Part shown: positions 19,220-29,849 of the stretch, piece after piece | How positions within the stretch are numbered: position 1 is the first letter of the stretch | How the letters are laid out: every line of letters begins with the position of its first letter | Origin: Aureliella sp. | Lineage (GTDB): Bacteria; Planctomycetota; Planctomycetia; Pirellulales; Pirellulaceae | Reading direction: 5' to 3' | NCBI GenBank assembly: GCA_963691875.1 | Contig: OY829846.1 | Span: 1,120,001-1,184,000 of the forward strand | Length of the DNA stretch: 64,000 bases | Position numbers and translations under genes: made by a program | Notes under the pieces: generated by a model | What the model was told of the DNA's origin: nothing | What the model saw: only the letters and a program-made list of their open reading frames with translations | Databases searched by the model: none

Positions 19220-20539
19220 ATGACAACTGCTGAGGAGACAATCGAAGTGGACACCAATACGGCTCGCTTAACCGTTGGGGAACACGAACTCGAGATGCCT
19301 GTCGTTGTTGGCAGTGAAGACGAACGTGCGTTGGACATTGCCGAGTTGAGGAAGAAGACCGGCCACATCACGATAGACGAAGGTTTCGTCAACACCGGTA
19401 GCACTTCCAGCGCGATTACTTTTCTGAACGGCGAGAAAGGTATCTTGCGTTATCGCGGATATCCCATCGAGCAGATCGCCCGAAACTGTGACTTCGTCGA
19501 GACTTCCTACCTTTTGATTTACGGCAACCTGCCCAATGCCAAGGAGCTTGCTGATTTTCGTGAGTCGATACGTAAGCACACGATGATTCATGAAGATATG
19601 AGAAACTTTTACAACGGATTTCCTAAGGATGCCCACCCGATGGCAATCCTCTCCTCCGTTGTTGGCGCTTTGTCGACCTTTTATCAAGATTCATTGGATC
19701 CGCGTGATCCAGTGCAGCGTGAAATCTCGATCCACAGGCTGATTGCCAAGCTGCCGACCATTGCTGCATACAGCTACAAAAAGTCTTGCGGTCAGCCATT
19801 CATGTATCCGCAGAATCATCTTTCGTATTGCGAGAATTTCTTGAGATTGATGTTTGCGGTTCCAACGCAAGACTACGAGCCCGATCCAGTTTTCGTCGAA
19901 GCCTTGAACTTGCTGCTGATTTGTCATGCTGATCACGAGCAGAATTGCTCGACCTCGACAGTGCGAATCGTTGGCTCATCCAATGCGAACTTATTCGCGT
20001 CCATCTCCGCTGGCATCTGTGCCCTGTGGGGACCTCTGCACGGTGGTGCGAACGAAGCGTGCGTTCAAATGCTTCAGCGTATTGCTGACGATGGCGGAAA
20101 CGTTGAGAAGTACGTGAACATGGCGAAGGACAAGAGCGACGGTTTCCGACTAATGGGCTTCGGTCACCGCGTCTACAAGAGCTTTGATCCTCGTGCAACG
20201 ATTATCAAGGAGACTTGCGATAAGCTGCTTAACAAGTTGCAACTCGATGACCCTTTGTTTGAGGTGGCTCAGAAGCTAGAGGAAGTGGCGTTGAAAGACG
20301 AGTACTTCATCGAGCGCAAGCTTTATCCGAATGTCGATTTCTACTCAGGTATCATTTATCGAGCGATGGGACTTCCCACTCGCATGTTCACCGTGCTGTT
20401 CGCCATCGGTCGCCTACCCGGCTGGATTGCTCACTGGGTCGAGATGCACAATTCCTCCTCGACCAGAATTGGACGTCCAAGGCAGGTTTACACCGGACCT
20501 ACAGTTCGAGACGTTGTCCCCATGGATCAACGCGACTAG
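19220..20539 (+). CDS. gltA: Citrate synthase (type II)
   Basis: GILRYRGYPIE, AHPM, HADHEQNCST, LWGPLHGGANE, LMGFGHRVYK, YPNVDFYSG. Confidence 0.98.
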   Translation: MTTAEETIEVDTNTARLTVGEHELEMPVVVGSEDERALDIAELRKKTGHITIDEGFVNTGSTSSAITFLNGEKGILRYRGYPIEQIARNCDFVETSYLLIYGNLPNAKELADFRESIRKHTMIHEDMRNFYNGFPKDAHPMAILSSVVGALSTFYQDSLDPRDPVQREISIHRLIAKLPTIAAYSYKKSCGQPFMYPQNHLSYCENFLRLMFAVPTQDYEPDPVFVEALNLLLICHADHEQNCSTSTVRIVGSSNANLFASISAGICALWGPLHGGANEACVQMLQRIADDGGNVEKYVNMAKDKSDGFRLMGFGHRVYKSFDPRATIIKETCDKLLNKLQLDDPLFEVAQKLEEVALKDEYFIERKLYPNVDFYSGIIYRAMGLPTRMFTVLFAIGRLPGWIAHWVEMHNSSSTRIGRPRQVYTGPTVRDVVPMDQRD

Positions 20540-20607
20540 TGCTTTAGCCGATTTGGGCGTCGGTTATCATAATACAACTTGGATGCATTGCACCACTGGG
20601 CGCGAAG

Positions 20608-21456
20608 GTGAGCGAAGCGACGGAGAGCGTTAGTATTGAGTTGGAGGCACTTGATGCCCCCGTAAGCCAGCTAACCTTTCTCCGGCAAGCCCTCATTTGC
20701 GCCGAACTTGCAAAGCTGTCTTACTATCGCCCCGACATTGTTTCTGTCTTGGCCGAAAGCGTCGGGCTCGAGCAATGTGAGTATTTTGATCGGGACGGCG
20801 CACAGGCGTACATTTTCGGCAATCGCTTTGACTGCTTTGTGGTTTGTCGAGGCACTGAGCCGAATGAGTGGAACGACATCAAAGCTGACGTGAACGCAGT
20901 GAGTGTTTTGGCCGAAACGGTTGGCAAAGTGCACGCGGGCTTCAAAGCAGAAGTCGACGACCTGTGGCCTCGCATGCAGATCGCCCTACAAGAGAATCAA
21001 AGGCCGCTTTGGTTTGCCGGGCATTCGCTCGGCGGAGCGATGGCAACTATTTGTGCTGGACGGTGCAAGCTGGCTGAGATTCCAGCCAACCCAAGCGGAC
21101 TCTTCACGTTTGGAAGTCCACGAGTCGGGAACGGGCGTTACATCAACTTCGTCAAGATCCCTCACTACCGGTTCGTCAACAACAATGATATCGTCTGCAG
21201 GGTGCCTCCCGCTTGGCTTGGGTACAAGCACTGCGGCCGCGAGATGTATTTCAATGCCCTCGGCAGATTGAGGAAATACAGTAATTGGCGAAAAGTGCGT
21301 GACCAATGGTACGGCTTCTTTCTCGCCCTCGGCAAGTTCAAGATCGATCACTTCGCTGACCATTCGATGCTCAAGTACATCGAGTACTTGCAACATGCAG
21401 TGAAAGATGAGGAATCTGGGAAGATACCACGCCAGGAAAAAACAGTCTTTGCCTAG
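20608..21456 (+). CDS. Lipase class 3 family protein
   Basis: CRGTE, VHAGF, GHSLGG nucleophile elbow, TFGSPRVG, VNNNDIVCRVP. Confidence 0.92.
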   Translation: MSEATESVSIELEALDAPVSQLTFLRQALICAELAKLSYYRPDIVSVLAESVGLEQCEYFDRDGAQAYIFGNRFDCFVVCRGTEPNEWNDIKADVNAVSVLAETVGKVHAGFKAEVDDLWPRMQIALQENQRPLWFAGHSLGGAMATICAGRCKLAEIPANPSGLFTFGSPRVGNGRYINFVKIPHYRFVNNNDIVCRVPPAWLGYKHCGREMYFNALGRLRKYSNWRKVRDQWYGFFLALGKFKIDHFADHSMLKYIEYLQHAVKDEESGKIPRQEKTVFA

Positions 21457-21572
21457 CGAATGTGGTCGAGGAAGCCCCAATCACCACCCAGAGTCCTAGC
21501 GATGAACAGCAGACGCGTCTCCTCCCTGACGCTTAAGTCCATCCACAACACCAGACAGAAGGAGAAGAGTAG

Positions 21573-21881
21573 ATGAAAATTGCTCACATGGTTTACTTTG
21601 AACTAGAAGATGCTTCGGATGAAAAGATCGAACATCAAATCAGCCAGTGCAAGAAGTACTTGGATAACCACGAGGGTCTAGAGTACTTTGCAGTTGGCAC
21701 GCTGAATCCCGAATTGCGTCGCGAAGTCAACGATCACGACTTTCACGTTAGTCTGCATACAGTGTTCGTCGATCGCGAAGCCCACGATCGTTACCAAGTC
21801 GAACCAAGACATTTGGAATTCATCGAAAGCAATAAGGCAAACTGGAAGAAAGTTCGAGTCTTTGATTCAGACTTGCACTAG
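21573..21881 (+). CDS. Dabb family (stress-responsive A/B barrel) protein
   Basis: HMVYFEL...F.DREAHDRYQVEPRH..F...VRVFD; SD AAGGAG upstream. Confidence 0.88.
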   Translation: MKIAHMVYFELEDASDEKIEHQISQCKKYLDNHEGLEYFAVGTLNPELRREVNDHDFHVSLHTVFVDREAHDRYQVEPRHLEFIESNKANWKKVRVFDSDLH

Positions 21882-22196
21882 CCTGCTTTCGCGGATTTTT
21901 TATGGGCAACAGGTCCAGTCTTGACATGTTTTTTAGCACTGGCAAAACTACCGCTACACAATTGAACGGGGCGAGGAGTTTGGTTGCCGGAAAAAATGAC
22001 TGGCCCGAATCATTCCGCTCAACGGAATCACATCGAAATCGATGGCGGAAGAATTTCGCGTGGTGTGAAAGAACAACACTAGTTAGCCTAATAGCTATCG
22101 AGTCCAGAGATGGTTTTGGCAGTTAGCTGCCTCAACCACTGTACGCGCACAACTGATCGCTAATTCTTCACACACATAGCAATTCGACTCCGCCCC

Positions 22197-23447
22197 ATGG
22201 CTTCCTGTGAGCTACAGCCCGCGACTGATCTCTCAGAGCCTAGCTCTCGCTCGACGATTGCTGAGCAGATTGAACCTGAAAAACTTTATGACCGCAACTT
22301 TGTCCTGGCATTCTTGAGTCAGACCGTCTTTGTCATCGCCAATACATTGATGGCCCACTATGGTCGGTGGATTGAGTTCCTGGGAGGTAATCTTCAGCAA
22401 GTCGGTTGGATCACAGGCGTATGTGTGGCCACTAGTATTGTCATGCGGCCGATGATGGCTTTGCTCATCAATCGTCTCGGTGCAAAAACGACTTGGTGGA
22501 TGGGCTACTTAGTCTTTTCGCTCAGTGCATCGGTGAACTGTTTTCTGCCTGACTTAAACTTCGCCATCTATTTCATTCGATCCTGCAACGTGCTGGGAGC
22601 GGCGATTGTTTTTGCAAGTAGCTTGACCTATATCTCCCAGATTGCACCGGAGGAGAGAAGAACTGAGGCGATTGGCATTCTGGGAGTGGGCGGATTTTTC
22701 GGCATGTTGGTCGGCCCTTACCTGGGAGACCTTCTGCTGGGCGATGGAACACGCGAGCGCAGTGGCTTCTTAACTTTGTTTGCCATGGCAGCTGCTGCCA
22801 ACATTTTTCCGGGGATCATGCTCTACTTCCTGAAAGCACCGAAGCGACCGCCGTCGGTACATTCGTTGCGAATGAGTCAGTTCGTGCATGTAGCGCGGGA
22901 GTATTGGCCAGGCCGAATCTTGCTGGTCGATTTCGTATTTGGCGTGTGCATGACTGTGCCGTTCGCATTCCTCGTGAATTTCGTCGACGATCTCAACCTG
23001 CGCTTTGCCGGCTGGTCTGAAGTGGGATTCTTTTTCATCTGCTACGCCTCGGTAGGAATCATATTCCGCGTCGGACTGAGAAGACTCCCAGAACAAATTG
23101 GTCCGCAAAATGTTCTGCTCATCGGACTATGTGTGATGGCGCTTGGAATGTTTAGCTTTTCACTGGTGGGACCACAGAGAGTCAGTTTTCTGGCGATACC
23201 AGCCGTGCTTGCTGGGCTCGGACACAGCCTGATGTTTCACACGATGACTTCGCTGACGATTCATTCCTTTCCGCAGGAGTATCGTGGAACGGGATCCGCA
23301 CTGGCGCTCATGACATTAGATCTAGGAACTCTACTGGGAGCTCCGGTTCTGGGCTGGATTGGAGCTGAGTTCGGCTACTCGATGCTTTTCAATACCATCG
23401 CTTTCGCTTTAATCGCCACATTCGTTTTTTGCCTGAAGAAGATCTGA
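22197..23447 (+). CDS. MFS transporter
   Basis: About 12 hydrophobic segments; INRLGAK, PEERRTEAIG, GPYLG, EYRGTGSA motifs. Confidence 0.9.
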   Translation: MASCELQPATDLSEPSSRSTIAEQIEPEKLYDRNFVLAFLSQTVFVIANTLMAHYGRWIEFLGGNLQQVGWITGVCVATSIVMRPMMALLINRLGAKTTWWMGYLVFSLSASVNCFLPDLNFAIYFIRSCNVLGAAIVFASSLTYISQIAPEERRTEAIGILGVGGFFGMLVGPYLGDLLLGDGTRERSGFLTLFAMAAAANIFPGIMLYFLKAPKRPPSVHSLRMSQFVHVAREYWPGRILLVDFVFGVCMTVPFAFLVNFVDDLNLRFAGWSEVGFFFICYASVGIIFRVGLRRLPEQIGPQNVLLIGLCVMALGMFSFSLVGPQRVSFLAIPAVLAGLGHSLMFHTMTSLTIHSFPQEYRGTGSALALMTLDLGTLLGAPVLGWIGAEFGYSMLFNTIAFALIATFVFCLKKI

Positions 23448-23599
23448 CAGCCTCTCCAGCTCCTGATAGGCAAAATGGCAACTCTTCTCTATCTTGAGAG
23501 ACTGTGGATCGCGTGCCTGTCTGGCGGGCGATTTTACAGTTGCGCATTTTTCCAGCGTCGCGTCTTTTCATTCGGGGCTGAGAGGAAGTTGGGTAGGTC

Positions 23600-24562
23600 A
23601 TGCATTATCTGATCACAGGCGGTTGCGGTTTCATCGGTTCTCATTTGGCCGAATCTTTGCTTCGTGCCGGCCAACAAGTCACACTGCTGGACGATCTATC
23701 TACAGGCAAGATCAGCAACGTGCGGCACCTGGAAAGCAATCCGAACCTTCGAATTCTGATCGGGAGTGTCACCGATCCAGATTTAGTACATGAAGCTGTT
23801 GGTGAATGCGACGCGGTTTATCATCTCGCGTCGGCTGTTGGCGTGAAGCTCATCATGGAGAAGCCAGTTGAGACTATCGACACAATTGTTACCGGCACGC
23901 AGATCGTTCTTGAGCAGGTCAATCGCTATCGCAAGCCCGTCTTGCTAACGTCGACTTCCGAGGTTTACGGCAAGTCGACATCAGTGCCCTTTGAGGAAGA
24001 TGGTGACCGACTTGCTGGCCCAACTACGAAACATCGCTGGGCTTACGCCTGTGCTAAAGCTTTGGATGAATTTATGGCCATGGCCTATTGGAAATCAAGC
24101 CGCCTTCCCGTGGTGGTCGTGAGATTGTTCAACACCGTTGGACCGCGACAGACCGGACAGTATGGAATGGTGATTCCCAACTTTGTCGCCAATGCTCTCG
24201 CAGGGGAATCACTGGTGGTGCACGGAGATGGCAACCAATCACGTTGTTTTTGCCATGTTGAAGACGTAGTGCGTGGATTGGTCGGCTTGATGAACTGCGA
24301 TGAAGCTCGGGGCGAAGTTGTCAATTTGGGTGCCACAGAGGAAGTCACGATTGGCGAACTAGCACGGCGAATCATTCGGTGGACAAACAGCTCTTCTGAC
24401 ATTCACAGCGTGACCTACGAGTCGGTGTATGGTGACGGTTTTGAAGATATGCAGCGACGTGTGCCCAGCATCGAGAAGGCAAATCGGCTCGTGGGTTGGC
24501 AGCCCGAAAAGAGCCTTGAGGATATTGTGGCAGCCGTTGCCGAAGGGCAGCGTCAAGCGTAG
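23600..24562 (+). CDS. NAD-dependent nucleotide-sugar epimerase/dehydratase
   Basis: TGGCGFIGSHL, STSEVYG, YACAK, RLFNTVGPRQ, GDGNQSRCF. Confidence 0.93.
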   Translation: MHYLITGGCGFIGSHLAESLLRAGQQVTLLDDLSTGKISNVRHLESNPNLRILIGSVTDPDLVHEAVGECDAVYHLASAVGVKLIMEKPVETIDTIVTGTQIVLEQVNRYRKPVLLTSTSEVYGKSTSVPFEEDGDRLAGPTTKHRWAYACAKALDEFMAMAYWKSSRLPVVVVRLFNTVGPRQTGQYGMVIPNFVANALAGESLVVHGDGNQSRCFCHVEDVVRGLVGLMNCDEARGEVVNLGATEEVTIGELARRIIRWTNSSSDIHSVTYESVYGDGFEDMQRRVPSIEKANRLVGWQPEKSLEDIVAAVAEGQRQA

Positions 24563-24713
24563 CTCGACAATCGCACTTCCTGCCAACATTGCTAGCACCG
24601 AACGCAAGCCAGCGAGTCCTCTGCACAACGGCCAGGACACGTTTGCAAATGCAGACCGAAGTCTGCGGCTGCGCGTTAAACAACAATGGTCCTGGCTACG
24701 CAAAATCTTCGCG

Positions 24714-25553
24714 TTAAAGCCATAACTTCAATCGCCCATCAAGCATGTCGGGTAACTTCTTTTCGACAATCCGCTGCACCTGCTTCGCGTTATAGCGAAC
24801 ACTGAAATGCCCCATGATGACGAGCTCATTCTCGAACTTGTCTTGCCGGGCAATAATGTCATCCAAGTGCATGTGCCCATGCTTGTGAATCTTATCTTTT
24901 CGGTGCTGCGGAGCGACAAAAGTCATCTCAGTGATCAGCACTTGTGCTTGATACATATCGGGATTGTTGTCCAAGCCTGGAGGGCTGGTGTCACCTGTAT
25001 AGGCCAGGATGGGCATCCGAGTTTCTTCGCTCACTTCGGTACCCGACATTCGCAAGTCGCGAATCTGAGAGCCCTCTAAGTCTCGATACTCGGCTTTCAA
25101 CTTCTTTCGACGTTCCCAAACGATGAAACCAACGCTTGGTACTGTGTGCGTTGTCTTGTGTACGGTCATCATCAGCTCACGCGACAACTCTATCTCTTCT
25201 CCCGGCTCAACTCCGATTAGGTTGCAAGGCAGCCGCCCTCGGTCAAGACGCGAAAAGGCAGCCAACATGCCTTGAACATTAGAAAGAATCTGTTCGGGTA
25301 AGTAGATCGTTGGCGGTTCCATCTTCATCATGCGCCGTCGAGCAACATAGACAGCTAGTGCCGCCACGTGGTCGAGGTGACCATGAGTGATCGCCCAAGT
25401 TGGCGTACCCATGAAGTCCCAAGGCTGCGCACCAAGATCGAATCCCATACGCAATTCCGGCACTCGCCAGCAACTCTGAACGGCAGCGCGCGAGTAACCT
25501 TCAATGGTCAACGACTTGTGCTGGTGGGAAAGAAATGGAACGTTATCTAACAT
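24714..25553 (-). CDS. MBL-fold ribonuclease Z, TM-type (short flexible arm)
   Basis: [33 protein letters not shown] arm, YTGDT, TEMTF, HMHL, GHFSVRY. Confidence 0.8.
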   Translation of the reverse strand: MLDNVPFLSHQHKSLTIEGYSRAAVQSCWRVPELRMGFDLGAQPWDFMGTPTWAITHGHLDHVAALAVYVARRRMMKMEPPTIYLPEQILSNVQGMLAAFSRLDRGRLPCNLIGVEPGEEIELSRELMMTVHKTTHTVPSVGFIVWERRKKLKAEYRDLEGSQIRDLRMSGTEVSEETRMPILAYTGDTSPPGLDNNPDMYQAQVLITEMTFVAPQHRKDKIHKHGHMHLDDIIARQDKFENELVIMGHFSVRYNAKQVQRIVEKKLPDMLDGRLKLWL

Positions 25554-25686
25554 GAATCAGCCGCTCGGTCCCCGGTGTGTTATTCAAGTGGAATAAGCAT
25601 CTTGCCTGTCATCAATCTGGCACATTCTGATCATTCCTGATTCCAAGATAGACTCGGAATGCCAGAATTTGTTCACTTTCGAGCCC

Positions 25687-25717
25687 AAACAAAAACGGAT
25701 GCCGCACGGCATCCGTT
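25687..25717 (-). terminator. Rho-independent terminator of rpsB-tsf
   Basis: Perfect stem AACGGATGCC/GGCATCCGTT, 4-nt loop, followed by a T-rich tract on the minus strand. Confidence 0.85.
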
Positions 25718-25758
25718 CTTGATTTTTGTCTTGAACTCGTAATGTTAGCCAGATCGGT

Positions 25759-26736
25759 CTAGCCGACGGATACACGGCTGAAAGCTACGATCTCAGCACC
25801 ATCAGCAAAATCGGTAACCGCAGCTTCGACGGTCTTGGTGTCATCGAGAGCGAAGAACTGGTTTAGCAAGCACAGCTCTTGGTCCAACAACGTATTATCG
25901 GCGATAAAACGCTCGATCTTCCCAGGAACAATCTTGTCCCAGATCTTCTCTGGCTTGCCTTCAGCTTCAAGCTGAGCCTTGATGTCGGCTTCTGCCTTGG
26001 CCATAACTTCTGGAGTCAATTGCTTGCGGCTAGCGTACTGAGGCACATTCTTCAGTGGCTTGCCCAAACGCTCGCGATCTTCGTTCTCGACTTTGATTTG
26101 TCCTTGAAGCGATTCTGCTTCCTTCTCAACGAATTCCATCTCGAATTCATTGCAGTGCAGGATCTTAGGACTCATTGCCGCTACGTGCATGGCAATGCTG
26201 CGAAAAAACTGATCTGCACCATCCTTGCCACCATCCTTGTAGGAAATCAGAACGCCAATCTTTGAACCGGAGTGGATGTAGGAGGCAATCTTGTCGCCTT
26301 CCACCACCTGCAAGTCAGATACTTCGATCTTCTCGCCGATCTTACCGGTTTGCTCGACGAGCTTGTCGCTGACTGAGGTGCCGTCGATCTCAAGTGGCAA
26401 AATGCCTTCCTTGTCTTTGACGCCATTAGCAAGAGCCAAGTTGGCTAGCTTGTTAGCGAAAGCGATAAAGTCCTCATTCTTCGCAACGAAGTCGGTTTCA
26501 CAGCTGAGAGCCATCACGACTCCCTTGTTGCCAGACTCATCTAGCACAGTCACGACAACACCTTCGTTCGCATCACGATCCGCACGCTTTGCGGCAACTT
26601 TCTGTCCCTTTTTGCGAAGGTAGTCCAAAGCACCTTCGTAGTCGCCACCGGACTCTTGCAAGGCCTTCTTGCAGTCCATCAGACCTGCTCCGGTGGCTTT
26701 CCGTAGTTCAGCAACTTCACTAGCTGAGATAGACAT
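25759..26736 (-). CDS. tsf: Translation elongation factor Ts
   Basis: LRKATGAGLMDCKKAL, CETDFVAKN, GEKI, YIH, AMHVAA, EGKPEKIWDKIVPGK; downstream of rpsB. Confidence 0.98.
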   Translation of the reverse strand: MSISASEVAELRKATGAGLMDCKKALQESGGDYEGALDYLRKKGQKVAAKRADRDANEGVVVTVLDESGNKGVVMALSCETDFVAKNEDFIAFANKLANLALANGVKDKEGILPLEIDGTSVSDKLVEQTGKIGEKIEVSDLQVVEGDKIASYIHSGSKIGVLISYKDGGKDGADQFFRSIAMHVAAMSPKILHCNEFEMEFVEKEAESLQGQIKVENEDRERLGKPLKNVPQYASRKQLTPEVMAKAEADIKAQLEAEGKPEKIWDKIVPGKIERFIADNTLLDQELCLLNQFFALDDTKTVEAAVTDFADGAEIVAFSRVSVG

Positions 26737-26868
26737 TGTCTTCCTTTTGTTTTTTCAAAAACGATGTGGTTGTGTATAAGTGGAAAGAGACAAGCCGGAG
26801 CTCGTCTCTGTTCAGGTTATTATCAAATTCGCGTTAACCGCGTTTATACCGCTCGCTCGGCGAGCGAC

Positions 26869-27630
26869 TTAGCCTTCTGCACCCGCAGCAGCCGCTTCGG
26901 CTGGCTTCTCTGCAGCAGACTCTTGAGCCTTCTTCTGCAGTTCTGGATTCTCAGCCTTACCCTTGCTGATCGCGTCAGCCAGCTGTTCCAGAATCAACTC
27001 GATAGAACGAATACCATCGTCGTTACCTGGGATCGGTAGGTCAACGGATTCTGGATCTGAGTCGGTATCGATCAAAGCGACAGTGGTGATGCCGAGCCGT
27101 TGAGCTTCGCGAATCGCATTCTTTTCCTTGGTAGGGTCAACAATGACCAAGCACTCAGGAATACGATTCATACTTCGCAGACCGTTCAGGTTACGGTAGA
27201 TCTTTCGATACTCGCGATTCAGAGCCGACTGCATCTTCTTCGAGTAAGTGTTGATCTCGTCCGAGTTAATGATCGCCTCAAGTTCTTCCAATCGCCCCAT
27301 TCGATTGCGAATGGTGCGGAAGTTAGTCAACGCGCCGCCCAACCAACGCTCGGAAACGAATGGCATGCCGCAGCGTTCCGCTTGCTTCTGAACGGTGTCT
27401 GATGCTTGTCGCTTCGTGCCTACAAAAAGGACGAGACTGCCGCCAGAAGCGACTTGGTTCAAGTATTTTTTGGCACGGAGTAAACCGCGAAGCGTTTCAC
27501 GGATATCCAGGATGTGGATCGAATTCTTTCGACCGTAGATGTAAGGCTTCATCTTTGGGTTCCACCGACTGCAGCGGTGACCAAAATGAACGCCAGCTTC
27601 AATGAGTTTCTTGACGAACTCGTTTTCCAT
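26869..27630 (-). CDS. rpsB: 30S ribosomal protein S2
   Basis: [38 protein letters not shown]. Confidence 0.99.
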   Translation of the reverse strand: MENEFVKKLIEAGVHFGHRCSRWNPKMKPYIYGRKNSIHILDIRETLRGLLRAKKYLNQVASGGSLVLFVGTKRQASDTVQKQAERCGMPFVSERWLGGALTNFRTIRNRMGRLEELEAIINSDEINTYSKKMQSALNREYRKIYRNLNGLRSMNRIPECLVIVDPTKEKNAIREAQRLGITTVALIDTDSDPESVDLPIPGNDDGIRSIELILEQLADAISKGKAENPELQKKAQESAAEKPAEAAAAGAEG

Positions 27631-28085
27631 CGGAAAACCTTTCTTTCTGTGGATCTACCTGCAATGCGTTGGAACGCACAGACCTCAACATGGGGTCTTC
27701 AGCAACTGGCAAATCGCGTTTAATGATGTGGGAGCGAGGCTCAGATGGATTGGATATCGAACCTGCCTGCAAGTCGAACGAGCGAAATTATCAATTTTGC
27801 TATTATTTCGTCAACGGAGATTTGGGCAAAGAAAGCCCCGAAAAACCCTTAAATCGGGCTTTTTGCGGCACAATCTCGCTCATCGCCAAGAGGGAGCCTT
27901 CCGCCACGACATTCCAGCAATCTAGATAACGGACTCGCATCTCGTAATCCGATTTGAATCCCCCTCGGGCAGGGTGTACGAAAGAATGCACTTCATCTCT
28001 CTTCAGTCCGCTGCTGGGTTGCTTCAGCAGGTAGCCGTGCTTTCGGCTTGGTTCTAGGCAACAGCGTGCACAACAAGGCATAACC

Positions 28086-28469
28086 ATGGAAATGAATCAA
28101 AACAATCACTACGAAACACCCGAAAGCAAGCCAGATTCGCGAAGCCTGACGACCATGGACATTCTCGCAGTGGGAGTGTGGATAGCGAATCTCGCTTTGG
28201 TACTCACTGGCCAAAGCGTACTGCTCGGTTTCTTTGAAGAGTTTGGAATCGAGCTTCCTAGTGCCGCGGTACTTCTACTGAACTTCTATACACGGTTCCT
28301 GTTCGCTGCGGTCGTAGTGGTAGCGCTCTTCGTCGTCATTTTCGTTCCTCGAGGAGCGGCGCGGCGAATGCTTGTATTTTTCGCCACTCTGTCTGGCTTT
28401 CTAGTATTTGTGGTGGCATTAATTTCCATGCTAAACCCGCTTCTAGTGCTATTAAGAGCACTAGCCTGA
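28086..28469 (+). CDS. Small membrane protein (3 TM), hypothetical
   Basis: Planctomycete-like NHYETP N-terminus; FEEFGIELP segment; three hydrophobic helices. Confidence 0.7.
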   Translation: MEMNQNNHYETPESKPDSRSLTTMDILAVGVWIANLALVLTGQSVLLGFFEEFGIELPSAAVLLLNFYTRFLFAAVVVVALFVVIFVPRGAARRMLVFFATLSGFLVFVVALISMLNPLLVLLRALA

Positions 28470-28593
28470 TTCGGAGAACAGAGAAACGCTCCGATCGGCC
28501 GCGATTTTGCTAGCCCCTGATTTGCCTGCTACAATTCGATTCATATTATTGTTCCAACTTGCTGTTGCGTATTAATGTGACTTAAAGGAAAGC

Positions 28594-28890
28594 ATGCGAA
28601 ACCGCAACGCGTTTTTTTTCATCTCGTTTTCTTGTTGTCAACTCAAGCGGTGTTTGGAGAAGACTCCAGCAACAAGACAGCACCGAAGGAGAGAGCTGGC
28701 TTCGGTTCTCAATTCGCCACTCAGCTGCAAGAGATGGCTGGAACATGGGAGATACTCGAAGCGACGATGCTAGGTGCTCCGCTACCCAAGGATCAATTCG
28801 AGTTACTCGAAATTGACTCAAGTGGCCTCAACTAGCACATGCAGCAGCCGGCAGGTACGCTTCGAGTTCATTTCTTACGAGCGTGATGAG
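28594..28890 (+). pseudogene. Decayed secreted TIGR03067-like protein
   Basis: SD AAGGA and ATG 28594; frameshift in T8 tract 28612-28619; LQEMAGTWEILEATMLGAPLP; premature stops from 28833. Confidence 0.5.
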
Positions 28891-29195
28891 AAAGTTTTCT
28901 CGCTCGTTCGAAAGGAAGAAGACCCTTCAATACTCCGCTGTTTTACGAATTAATGCTACTAGAGAGCGTCTTGCTGATTCGTTATCAAGTGTTGCGACCA
29001 AGCGGCCCGATTAGGATGCCACTGATTCCTAACGCCTTATTCAATAGTGTACGAGTAGCATAACGCAGAACGAAGGAGAAGGAGCTGCGAATTCACCGAG
29101 ACCGCGGGCGCAGCCGAACGACTTAGCTAGCGGCGCGGCGCAAGTGGACGCGCACTCACGTTGGGAGAAACTGCAGTTAATGACCAATTAGCGTT

Positions 29196-29627
29196 GTGAG
29201 CCGCATCGGCGGCGAACGCCGGGAGTTTCTTGACCAACCAGACCGATTATTGCCGCCACCGAGGTTAGCAAGCCGTCCCCTGGAATTCAAACTACCTGAG
29301 ATCTACGACATTGGATTCGAGAGTGACCACATGCGCTTCGAAGGATCTGGATACGTCATTCTGCGTGACATAGTCGTGAACCATAGAGGCTTTACTTCAT
29401 GTGTCTCTGAACCGGCAACGGGCAACGATGAAGTCACGATTCGAATGCTTCGTGCACTCTTGGAACAACATTACACGCTCCTTGAGTGTCTCGCTGCGGA
29501 AATACCATCCCCATTCCTGGACGCAGCCCACGAATATGTGAATTCCGTCGAGGAAGATGTAGCCACAGAAAAGTTTTTCGCGGCGCTCAGCGACCTAGCC
29601 TATTGGGCTCCAACCTTAATCGTCTAG
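29196..29627 (+). CDS. Hypothetical protein
   Basis: 143-aa ORF with protein-like composition; no recognised motif; start uncertain. Confidence 0.45.
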   Translation: MSRIGGERREFLDQPDRLLPPPRLASRPLEFKLPEIYDIGFESDHMRFEGSGYVILRDIVVNHRGFTSCVSEPATGNDEVTIRMLRALLEQHYTLLECLAAEIPSPFLDAAHEYVNSVEEDVATEKFFAALSDLAYWAPTLIV

Positions 29628-29849
29628 GCGACGCAAGTTGGTTCGTCCGTCTTCACAATCGTTCATGCTATCCAGCATCTGCGATGAAGGAAGCATCCTT
29701 TGTACAAGTTCTATGGTCTCTCCCCTCGTATTATCAACTTAAAGGCAGCACTCGGTGCTGTGTACGACTTGCTAGAGGCGATTCGTCCAAGTGAAAACTG
29801 ATAGAGCAATGGAAATTCTGGCTAATCCCATTACGAGAAGTTGCTGCGT

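Noticed and set aside
27631..27800. rpsB autoregulatory leader RNA
   Set aside because: Two small hairpins are present, but I cannot match them to a known S2 leader without a covariance search
29060..29220. Integron attC site before ORF 29196
   Set aside because: I could not find convincing paired R''/R' and L boxes, and no integrase or second site is present
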